This document shows, piece after piece, positions 13,801 to 25,065 of a DNA stretch of 64,000 bases. Under the pieces are notes generated by a model. The model saw nothing but the letters and a program-made list of their open reading frames with translations. It did not search any database and was not told the origin of the DNA. Both the position numbers and the translations under genes were made by a program. This DNA is from Felis catus (lineage: Eukaryota). Each line of letters begins with the position of its first letter. Position 1 is the first letter of the stretch. The stretch lies in assembly GCF_018350175.1 (NCBI RefSeq), contig NC_058368.1, positions 90,522,001 to 90,586,000 on the forward strand. The letters are read 5' to 3'.

Positions 13801-14150
13801 CAATAGAAGGATATTCTACAAAAAAACCTAACGGTAGTCTTCAAAAACCTCAGGGTCATCAAAAATAAGGAAAGTCTGAAGAAGTATCACAGCCAAGGAA
13901 AGCCTAAGGAAACATGAGTAAATGTAATGTATCCTGGAACAGAAAAAGGACAGTGGGTAAAAACAAAGGAAAGCTGAATTAATGATGAACTTTAGTTAAT
14001 ATTTATGTATTAATATCGGTTTGTTAATTGTAAATTATAGTAAATATACTCTATTAACAGTAGAAAAAACTGGGTATGCGTCATCTGGGAATTCTCTGTA
14101 CTATTTTCATTATTTTTCTGTAAATCTAAAGTTGTTCTAAAAATTAGTTT
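10900..14150 (+). mobile_element. Old L1M ORF2 end and 3'UTR interrupted by several SINEs
   Basis: Degenerate L1 ORF2-like peptides (11477-11859) and L1M 3'UTR-type sequence; boundaries approximate. Confidence 0.65.
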
Positions 14151-14246
14151 GTATATGTATGTGTATACATACGTGTATATATATAAACACGTATGTATAC
14201 ACACATACATACACAACCACGTATATATACACATACATATATATAA
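14150..14246. repeat. Degenerate (TA/CA)n microsatellite
   Basis: Direct reading. Confidence 0.8.
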
Positions 14247-17200
14247 AAGGATGTTCTACTATTATGCCTCAAATGGTTGATCTCCCTCCTAGGGCTGAAA
14301 TGTACTACAGGAATCTAGTCTAACTCCCCTTTTTGAGAAGAAACTGAGGGCCAGACATTGACTTGCCACAAATCAGTTATTGGCAGAATCAGATCAGAAG
14401 TCAAGGTTCCTACCTCCCAGTGCAGTGCGCCCTTCCTGGTAATTCTACAAATGCTTTCGTCTTAAAGACATGAAGTGATTTTTCACATAGTTTAACATCC
14501 AAGAGGATTTCAGAAGAGGATTTCAGGGGTGTTTTCTCTCTTTTTAGGTCTTCATTTGTCTTTACGCTGACAGAATCCTAAGTAGAGTGCACACTTCTAT
14601 TATCACTTTGTTTTTCTGTTTCTAAGATTATCCATGTGAAATACCTAACAAGCAGCTCAGGAGCAAAGCAATAACACTTTTAGAGAATAGACAGCACACC
14701 TCTCCTCAACTTCCCCAAAGTCACAGAGCAAGTGGACCCTGTATTTGGAAGGCCCGGCAGTAAAAGTGAATTAAGAATTTACCTTTAAACCGAGAAACAT
14801 TTTTCTCTAGTAAAGAAACATTGACCATGTTTCCTAAAATTCTCTTCTACTTCACAATTCATGTTAACATACATTAGCTCGAGGGCAAGGCTTCTCACAT
14901 TCCCACATGCCGTAACAGCAAATTCCTCCCGACCCATACTTTAAGCCATTATATTCTTAGAGCACTTCATTTTCCTGTTTTCTTTCAGGGACCATCTTCT
15001 CTCCCTCTCTCTCATAATTTTTTATCATTCCAAGGCCTTACCTTAAACTCTACAGCAAAGCCCCTCTGAGCCAGGATGCAAATGCTAGATGAATGTATAA
15101 CCCATAACTAGGTTACTCAGTGCTACATGAAGCCTCACAGTAGGTCCACTTAAATTCCTATCTTGGTCAAACTACAATCACTACAGGCATGGACCTCCAG
15201 GACAGCCAGCAATTAAAAAACCAAAGCACAAATATGAAAATCTTTTAACATCTATGAGTCTACTGAAGTGGACAACCGTCTCAAAAATACCTTTAGGTTA
15301 CATACAAATATGAATTTTGTGTGGCTCTGCCATAGGATAATGAAAGCAAAGACCAAGTCAATAAAACCAATACTATGGGGCCAACACCAAGACCAAAGCT
15401 TGATCTAAAAGTAAAACCTACAACATCTAGGTTCTAGAGAAATCAACAAACTGCAGATCCTTCAAATAGTCAATTGGGCTTATAACAAAAGCTGGGTGGC
15501 AAAGTTCAAAGATTGTTTTCTGGGGGCACTTGGGTGGCTCAGTCAGTTAAGCGTCTGACTTCAGCTCAGGTTATGATCTTGTAGGTCATGAGTTCAAGCC
15601 CCACATCGGGCTCTGTACTGACAGCTAAGGGCCAGGAGTCTGCTTCGGATTCTGTGTCTCCAACTCTGTCTGCCTCTCCCCCACTCACACTGTCTCTAGC
15701 TCTCAAAAATAAATAAACGTAAAAAAAAAGGCTGTTTTCTGGCAGCCAGAGGCTTAGACTGGGAATTCTGTATTACAAAGGGGTTAAAGGAAAAAATACA
15801 TCTGATATACATTAGAAAACCTGGCTTGTGTCAGACCCTAAAGCAATATTTATTGCTGACATTAAACTCCGTGAGTGCTAACTATATACCAAGTATGAAA
15901 AGAAGTCAGTAGTCTCTAACCCTCAGGAACTCAATCTACATAATATGGTTGTCCATAAAGTCTGGAAACATAAGGAGCCAGGGAATTAAAAACAAATCCA
16001 GAAAAGGGGCGCCTGGGTGGCTCAGTCGGTTAAGCGGCCGACTTCGGGTCATGATCTCATGGTTTGTGGGTTTGAGACCTGCATCAGGCTCTGTGCTGAC
16101 AGCTTGGAGCCTGAAGCCTGCTTCTGATTCTGTGTCTCTCTCTCTATCTCTGCCTCTCCCCTGCTCATACTCTATCTCTCTCTCAAAAATAAAGATTAAA
16201 AAAAAATTTTTAATCCAGAAACATAAAAATTTTTTATAGATTTAAAGTGACCTTAATGTCATTATATATACTTGCCTGTGTTTTCAGAGTGTGTGAGTAT
16301 ACTGTAGTATTAGTTCTACTAATCAATTTTGGGGGGTTTTGGGGTCAATATCAAAATAAACTCGTAATATTACAGACTTTTATTTATCTAACTTGCAAAG
16401 CAGGCACACAGCTTGTTAGCACTGCTTAAGACTCATGCTAGTATTTTCTTTCCATAAAAAACAATGCCAGGGGAGCCTGGAAGGCTCAGTTAAGCGTCTG
16501 ACTTTGGCTCAGAGGTCATGATCTCACTGTTCATGAATTTGAGCCCCGTGTCGGGCTCTGGGCTGACAGCTCGGCTCTCAAAATCTCAGGGACAGGAGTC
16601 TTTTAAAAGCACTTAATCTACTCACTTTTAATACTTCAATCCATTCTTTTTAACTTTTAAGCGTGAACACATCTTGAATTCTAGAGATGGAAATTCCCTA
16701 TTTTTAAGCTGACGAATCAGAAAATTAATTCCTGACATCCAAGGCAATATAGTGTATGTGGTGGTATAACCTGTCAAGTCGGAGAAACCTGGGCTCCAGA
16801 CTCTCCTGCTCCTCTCTGTGGCCTTGCAGCTGACTGAACTTCCAGGAGTCTTCTTTCCCTATTTTATAGATGTGGGTAATAGTACTACTGGCTGAAAGGC
16901 TTGCTGTGAAAACAGAAAAAGATAATACAAAGTCTATCAGAATCCAATACTTTATAGGTATATGCAAATAGTTTGTTCTTTGATACACAGTACAACCAGA
17001 GTGAATACACCTTCAATTCTCATCCTAGACCAATAGGTCTAATATGTTTGCTTATTCCTCCAATGTTTTTCAGCAAAGCTGAATAATTTTGCATAGCAAG
17101 AAAAACCTGCTTTCCACCAAGTACACTGTAGGATTTCTTCTTTAACTCTTCCTTGCAATGGTGTCTATACAATTTTCGCATTGGTATATAGAAATGTCCA

Positions 17201-20200
17201 TGTTTATCTGTGATTTTTTTTCCTGCCCTGTCATCAATCACTTCTCTTCATAAATTCTCTAAAAGTTAATTGATTTTTGGTTAATTATAATTCTGTTCCC
17301 AGCACACATTGTGAAAAAAAACAAACTATACACAACAATGTACATGAAACTTCAATTGAGCACAAAATATCCTATTTAACAGAAACAGACACATGCTGCA
17401 CTGAATTTTAGCAAATCCGGACAACCACTTGGATCAACTTTAGGAATGGGTAAACACTAATGGAATATTAAATTTCGGGACTCATGGGTGGCTCAGTCAG
17501 TTGAGCATCTGACTTCAGCTCAGGTCATGATCTCGTGGTTCGTGGGTTTGAGCCCCAAGTCGGGCTCTGTGCTGCCAACTCAGAGCCTGGAGCCTGCTTC
17601 GGATTCTGTGTCTCCCTCGCTCTCTGTCCCTCCCCACCTTGTGTTCTGTCTCTCTCAAAAACAAACTTACATAAAAAGATTTTTTTTTTTAATTTCTACC
17701 CTGTAATACACGAACTTTTATCCTCAATAAAGACCTACTTAGAAAAAAATCTTTAAAACAAATGGAGACTTACATTATTTTTTAGTTAATTAAATTTACA
17801 TTTTTATATTTTATCTTTTTAAGTCTATTTTTTTCCTAGGAAAGAGAGTATTGGTCTGGGGCGCCTAGCTGAGTTGGTAGAGCATGTGACTCTTGACCTC
17901 AGGTTCATAAATTTAAGCCCTATGTTGGGCATAGAACTTATGTTAAAATATATATATACATACAAAATATATATATGCATATACACACACATACATGGTT
18001 TTCTTTTCTTGCGAAGTTTTTGTCTGGTTTTAGTATTAAGGAATACTGGCCTTACTAAATGGGTTAGGAAGTATTCTCTCCTATTTTCCAGAAGAGTTTG
18101 TGAAGTTAATTCTTTCCTAAGTTTCTGACAGAATTCACCAATGAAGACACTTGGTTCCAGGCTTTTATTTGTGGGAATCTGTTTCTCAAAAGTTAGGGAA
18201 TGTCAACCTTAATTCTTGTAATCCATGAGAAACTAAAAGAAGAACAGAAGAAATCCCCGGGAAGGGATTATTTGTCTCTTCATTCAAGTTGAGGAAGTTC
18301 TTTGTATTCTCAGTTTGTTGAGTATTTTTATCATGAAAGGGAGCTGCATTTTGTCTAATGCTTTTTCTGTGTTTACTGAGATGCAGTTTTTGTCCTTCAT
18401 TAATGTAGTGTGTTACATTCATTACTGTATGTTGAACCAACCTTGCATTCCTGGAATAAATCCCAGTTGGTTATTGGGTAGTGTCCTTTTAACATTGCTG
18501 GATTCCATCTGCTACCATTTTGAGGATTTTTGCATCTATTTTCACAAAAGATGAGGTCTACTGGGGCTCTTGGGTGGCTCAGTAGGTTACACATCGGACT
18601 CTTGGATTTCGGATCAGGTCAAGATCTATAGTGTCTATAAATCTACAGATATAGAGCCCCACGTCAGGCTGGTGCTGACAGTTGGTGCTGGTATTAGGGA
18701 AGTTTGGCCTCACAGAATGAGTGGGAAGTGTTCTCTCTTCTATTTTTGGAAGAGTTTATGGATGACTGGTGTCAATTCTTCCTTAAGTATTTGGTAGAAC
18801 TAACCAGTAAAGCCACTTGGTCCTAGGCTTTTCTTTGTGGGACTCATCTTTTAACCTACTGAGCCACCCAGGCACCCCTGTGGACTCATCTTTTAAAAGA
18901 AGATATTTCAACTAATTCCTTTAATCCATAAGAAATTAGAAAGATGAACAGAAGAAATGACCTGGCTAATATTCTTGGTTGTTTAGGGGGGAAAAAAAAG
19001 TGATTTTTAAAAAGGCAGCATATAGGGGCGCCTGGGTGGCTCAGTCAGTTAAACGTCTGACTTCAGCTCAGATCGTGATCTCATGGTTCAGGAGTCTGAG
19101 CCCCACGTTGGGCTCTGTCCTGACAGCTCAGAGCCTGGAGCCTGCTTCAAATTCTGTGTCTCCCTCTCTCTCTGCCCCTCCCCTGCTCGTGCTCTCTCTC
19201 ACTCTCTCTCTCAAAAATATTTTTCTTTAATTTAAAAAGGCAGTGTATAATAAGAAAGGAGGCAGTCTTTCTTTCATGTAGGTTATCCACTCATCTATTA
19301 ATACACCCTTTTCAAAATTTAAGTCTTATAGGTCTTAGGTATCTTTGGTTATCTAATTTAATCCTCACAAGAACCCCAGGAGGTTCAATCACCCTCAGTT
19401 GACACGTGAGAAAAATAAAGCTAAGTTACATAAACTGTCCTAAGTCACAGTTAGATATACAGTAATGTTTATGAGTGGGAACTCAGAAGTCACAATCCCT
19501 CCTCGACTACCCAATAACTTGGCACACTAAGTCAACTACTAACCTCGGGGCCCCAGTTTCTTCACCTCTTAAATGAGAGCACCACCACCATATACTTCTC
19601 AGGATCATTGTATGAACAAAATGCACGTAGAAAGTGCTTATGACAGTGCCTAGTTTACAGTATGTACGCATGACATCAGCAGTGATTTCTACTAGTACTA
19701 GGTATTGCCCAGTGAGATCATTTAAGTTTCAATGGTTCTAAAACTCCGAGTTTTAAGGCAAATGAGAAATTTTAAATCTTAGATTGGAAAGGAACCAGTT
19801 AAAAGGAACTCGATTCCAGGCAGGCACAGATGAACAATTTTACTAGTACTTTTTATACCTTCTGATTGTATTACACATGCATCCAGTCAAAAAGCAAAAG
19901 CACTAAGGTGGGGCAGGGGAACACATAAAATGTGGTCTTTATTTAAAAATATATCTCATTCAGGGGCGTCTAGGTGGCTCAGTTGGTTAAGCGTCCGACT
20001 TCAGCTCAGGTCATCTCACAGTTCATGAGTTCAAGCCCCGCGTCAGGCTCTATGCTGACAGCTCAGAGCCTGGAGCCCGCTTGGGATTCTGTGTCTCCCT
20101 CTCTCTCTGCCCCTCCCCCGCTTGTGCGCTCACGCTCTCTCTCTCAAAAATAAACGTTAAAAAAATTTAAAAAATATATATATCTCATTCATTTAAAAAT

Positions 20201-22488
20201 ATAGAGAGAGTACCTTGTTTACAGTTTTAAATTTTGTTTTTCACTGACAGGAACATTATAATCCATTTTTCCATAGCACTTTCTTTTTGCTATAAACCAA
20301 GTATGTTTAACATGTGAATACTCAAAACACATTGAAGATTCTCTAAATTCTTTAAAAAAAAAATTCTCCAAATAGTTTTCACAGCACACAGTTAAGCTTA
20401 ATTTAAAAGTACATCTGTTGCAGTTAAAAAAGCATCCAACCAGCACTTTCCTGACAAAGTCCTACAGTAAGCTATACAGGTTACAACTATGTTCAGTGCA
20501 CTTTTACTTTGCTTCGGAGTCATTATGAGCTGAATTTGCACACTATTCAAAGTAGTTCCTGGTTCCCCATCTCATTTGTCCCTCCCCGTAGCCCCCTAAT
20601 TGGGGGTGTGGCATCCAGGAGAGTTCCCATTTCCATTTTAAAGATGTGGAAACCAAGCTAGTTACCTAAGCTAGTTACCATGATGGGCCTCGAATTCAAG
20701 ACTCTGCATTCTGCTTCCAACTGTCACTTTATCCCTTAGGCTATCTAGCAGGGCAAAGTGAACTCTAATTAAAGGATGCAACAGCACGATTGCCAAAACG
20801 GCAGCAACAGCCTCTGCCCAGACGTTTACCTCTCATGGTTCTTGGAAGATAACCTGTTAGTTGAACTGTCTGTCCTGTTAAGATAAGTTAGGTGGAGACG
20901 GATGAGAACACCCATTTTCAGATAGGTCAGAAAATCTGTTGTTGTGGGGCACATTCACTCCAACACACAGTTCACTCTGGGCTTCTCATGATCCAGTCAC
21001 TAGGCTTGTTGGCTTATGTACCCTGGCTGGTGCAAAGGAGAACTCCCACACAGTGCTTTACCTCTGTTCCAAGTCCACTCTAAGTACAATTACAGCAAGT
21101 GTACAACATGGCAGTGATTCTATTCAAGACCCTCAAAAAAAATTTTTTTAATGCTGAAGAGCTAAGATACAGAATGATTTCAAAAATCAATACAATTCTT
21201 CCCTTAAAAACAACCAGCAACAAAACCCAAAAAACCTCTACTCGTTAAAAAATTAAAATGTTCCATTTCCTAAATTAGAGGTAAAGAGACTTAACCTTGG
21301 CTCACCTTAGTCCTCAGTTTAACTTCCCTCAACCACCATTCACTTGTGCCATACCCTGCAGTTAACTCTCTAGATCCAGTTCTCCCCCCCCCCCCCACCC
21401 CATTGCTAAAAATGTAACTTCAGGTACTGGGAAACAGGACTTAACCAATTCAAACAGCAGGATGTCAGTGTAGTGGACCAACAGCATTCCGACTATAATA
21501 ATTTATTGCAATCATTATTTATCTGGCAGTTAATACAGGGTTATCAATGTGTCTTCTCTGTCTTATTTTACACACATCTCAATTTAACTCTAACGACTCC
21601 ATCAGGTACTATTATGCCCATTATTTGGGGAGAACTGGGGCACAAAGGGTAAGTAAATTGCCCAAGTTCACACAGCAGCAAATGGTCCATAAAAGACTTG
21701 AACCAGGGCCTTAACCTTAAGCACTACACCAAAACTGCCCTGCCCTCAACTATAATCCCAAACGTGATCATAAAATTAATGGCATGACCTTGGGCCAGTC
21801 ATTTCATACCTCTGGGTCTCAGTTTCCTCCACTATAATACAACCTACCCTAATTAAAAGCAGGGGCTTTCCTGCTTTTAATGTCCGGTGAATTTCCGACT
21901 GGATTACTCCCCACCCCCAAATAGGTGTGTATGTTAAGACTGAAGTTCTTCAACCACGGCGTGTTCTAGCACATTCTCCATAGTCTTCGGGGTGCTAGGG
22001 TTCAGTCTTCGCTTTGCGGCTTTATTTTCCAGTATTGAACCTGTAATGCTAATCCTAAACATTCTCTCTCGTTCTGGTACTACATTTTCCCACTGCTAGG
22101 AGTACCGACTAGGCCTGATCCCACCCCAGACCTTTACCGGCTATTCCAACCCACCCCGCGGTTTCCCAGGTAGCCAGGAAAGGCCTTAGAAAGCCCTAGA
22201 AGCAAAGCCATAGGAAGAAGTTGGCTACCCAGAGGTCAAGGGAGGCTTCAGGGCACCTGCCACGCCTCCCGACCCCGGCAGCGCGGCCTCAGCCTGGCTC
22301 CCCAAACCAAGCGGCCCCGGTTAGGGCCTCGTCCCTCACGACTAGCGCGTCTGCCGAGGCCTGGGCCCTAGAAACCCAGCCCGACCCCCTCGGCCCCGGC
22401 CACGCCCGGCCCTTCGGCGCCGCACCGCGCACCCGGGCCCCCCGAGGTCCTCATAGGCCGGAGGACACGCGCAGGCCTCCTGTCTCAC

Positions 22489-22700
22489 CTCGAGTTTTAC
22501 GGGGACCGCCGGCGGCGCCCGCGCCTCCACCCGCCCGCACACCTGGCCCCGCGCTGCAGTGGAGACAGCGGCAGAAACGGCCCGACCGTCACGTGCCGCA
22601 GAACCAAGAGGCCTCGGCTACCGCTGCTGCCGCGCGAGCGAGCCCCACCGCGCAAAGCCCGGCCCTGCGTCCGCCCCTCGCTCCTGAGTAGCTACGGACG
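22489..22700 (-). other. CANX: CANX non-coding exon 1 (5' end approximate), followed by an intron of about 16 kb
   Basis: CpG-rich segment ending in donor GAG|GTGAGA at 22489/22488; resembles the CANX 5'UTR as recalled from other mammals; TSS not determinable from sequence. Confidence 0.75.
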
Positions 22701-22798
22701 GCACCAAGTCCCGCCCCCCCGCGCAAGCTCCAGGGTTCGGTTGGTCGGTGAGGCCATCGCTCTAGGCACCTTCCCATACGCCCCCTAGGGCTATTCTT

Positions 22799-22817
22799 CG
22801 TGGAGTGTGGGGATTGG
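22799..22817 (-). promoter_or_regulatory. ER stress response element (ERSE) CCAAT-N9-CCACG
   Basis: Minus strand reads CCAAT CCCCACACT CCACG, an exact consensus with 9-nt spacer, upstream of CANX exon 1. Confidence 0.75.
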
Positions 22818-23959
22818 CTAGGAGTGAGGCAGGAAGTGGCTGTTGGTTGGGTGGGAGAGAAGGGGGAGGAACAGCAGCGGAATAGGGAACCTCGGGCGCG
22901 CGCACCCTGGGGCGGGGCCGGTCTGGCACGCGTTCCCGCGCCCGGTTGTCCTGGTGCCTTAGTGGGCCAGTTGCCCGATGTTTCATTCCCGTATCTTTGG
23001 CTTCTTCCCCGCCGGTGCCTGGACCTAGAACCCAGGATGGGCATCCCGTTCACTTTGCTTAGGGGGCAAATGACAGCCGGCAGAAGGAGTGGGAGATCGG
23101 CTGAGCCTTTGGGAAGGGCCAGTTCCCAGAGGCAGCATGTGCGGGGATCAGATGGAACCCCTCACCGGCTTCTTTGGCCCGGCCTGAAGTTGACTGCACA
23201 GCTCTGGGTAACCAGGCACCACCGTTCCTGCAGAGTCATCTCTCTGGGCGCAGCAGCCTGCGGCCGCCTCCTTACCCAACACACAGTCCAGAATACTATA
23301 ATCCAAGGTTATTTCCACTTTCAGTTTGTGATGTTTCCTTAAATAAGATTAAACATAAAGGCACAGAGACTGACGGCAGGATTGAGAGAAAAGGATAGTG
23401 CAATGGAAAGATTTCAGACACACCACAATTTTTATAACCCACTTTAATATGTTGAAGAAATGGAAATGGCCAATGGCTTTCCTAGACCTTTTTGGGTCCT
23501 GGTCTCTGACTTCCATTTGTTTGGATACCCAAAGGCTGAATCTTAGGATGGAAAAAAATTGGAATCAGTAGATGTATCACCTATCCCAAGAACCAGCATT
23601 ATTTCCTCTTGCCACTTTTAAGGAGAAGAGAAGGGTCAGAGTTTGGTGTTTGCATAAACTTAACATTCTCCAATTCTTCACCCCCCAAATCTATGTAAGA
23701 GAATTTTATAATATAAATTATAATTTGTGCTCTGTCTCTCTCTCAAAAATAAATAAACACTAAAAATTTTTTTCAAAAAAGGAGTGTGCAGGGAGATGGT
23801 TTAGGTTTTAGATCTGGATTTTAGATTTAGTATGATTCCAGGGAGATCTGAAAGACTATGAGGCCAGTTGGGAAACCAATTTTTGCCGTTGATTTAAGAG
23901 CAGGATTAGGGAATGGCAGGGTGTGTAGAAACATGAGCATTGAATGTTTGTTTGTTTTA

Positions 23960-24178
23960 TAAACTTTCTTTTTTTTTTTTAATTATTTTTTTTGGGACAG
24001 AGAGAGACAGAGCATGAACGGGGGAGGGGCAGAGAGAGAGGGAGACACAGAATCGGAAACAGGCTCCAGGCTCTGAGCCATCAGCCCAGAGCCTGACGCG
24101 GGGCTCGAACTCCCGGACCGCGAGATCGTGACCTGGCTGAAGTCGGACGCTTAACCGACTGCGCCACCCAGGCACCCG
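23960..24178 (-). mobile_element. Young Can-SINE inserted in the tail of an older SINE
   Basis: CpG-rich near-consensus body; 18-bp TSD GAATGTTTGTTTGTTTTA (23942-23959 and 24179-24196). Confidence 0.88.
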
Positions 24179-24649
24179 GAATGTTTGTTTGTTTTAATGT
24201 TTATTTATTTATCTTGAGAGAGAGAGAGAGAGAGAGAGAATCCCAAGCAGGCTCCACGCTGTCATCAAGGAGACTGACACAGGGCTTGAGCTCAGGAGCT
24301 GTGAGATCAGGACCTGAAAATCAAGATTCAGACGCTTAACCCACTGAGCCACCCAGGCACCCCAAGCATTTAATGTTAATGCTGAAAAATGGCCCAGTGG
24401 ACTCAGGAGGCTAGGGAAAGAGAAGAATCAAAGCTAACGCTGAAAGTCTGAGCTTGGGTGACTGGAGATGAACTGTAAAGGCCCTCAGAAGAGGGAATTC
24501 AAGCTTGGCTGAGCCTGAGGATCCTGTCTGGGCCCAAGACAGAGCGGGACAGGAGATCCTGCTAAGAGTCCTGATGTGGATTTTTTTTTTTTTCCAAAGC
24601 CTAATGTTCTTCAAAGGATGAAGCAAAGGGCAAAACACTGAGGAATGAG

Positions 24650-25065
24650 ATTTTTTTCCCAATTTGAAAGCAGTCACTATTGATTAACTGACCAGATTAC
24701 ACAAATCATCATTGTAGACACCTCAGTTCATCCTACTAAGTTTGCCAATCTGGTCATCCCTGTTGCCAACATCTCCATCTTCTACAAAGTGGGTGGTCTT
24801 TCTCTTCATCCCACTCATGAAGAAGATAATTTGAAGGGCGACAAGGAATTGTTTGCTTCTTTGAAGTGTTTTCCAACAGTATATAGATCACCCAAATCAG
24901 AGTCTGCCAAGCAGATGATGCCATATTTACCAAGAGATGGAGCAATCCAAGTGTTATCTGTCAGGGTAATTTGCTCCTTGTTGATCTTTCCATAACACTT
25001 GTGGATCCATTCATTTTCTGACTTAAGGCTCATGTACTTCATATGCCAATATATGGTCCCACAAA
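24650..25065 (-). pseudogene. RPL7: 5'-truncated processed pseudogene of ribosomal protein L7
   Basis: Peptides [45 protein letters not shown] and KTTHFVEDGDVGNRDDQI..RMN* match the RPL7 C-terminal half; frameshifts, no introns, 3'UTR and short A tract. Confidence 0.9.

Larger units (their letters stand above)
22150..23050. promoter_or_regulatory. CpG-island promoter of CANX, with GC box 22909-22918 and ETS-like CAGGAAGTG 22830-22838
   Basis: High GC and CpG density around exon 1; motifs read directly. Confidence 0.85.

Noticed and set aside
22221..23398. 154-180 aa ORFs on both strands at the CANX promoter
   Set aside because: Low-complexity Pro/Arg/Ala/Gly products expected from stop-poor CpG-island DNA; non-ATG starts and no recognisable domain
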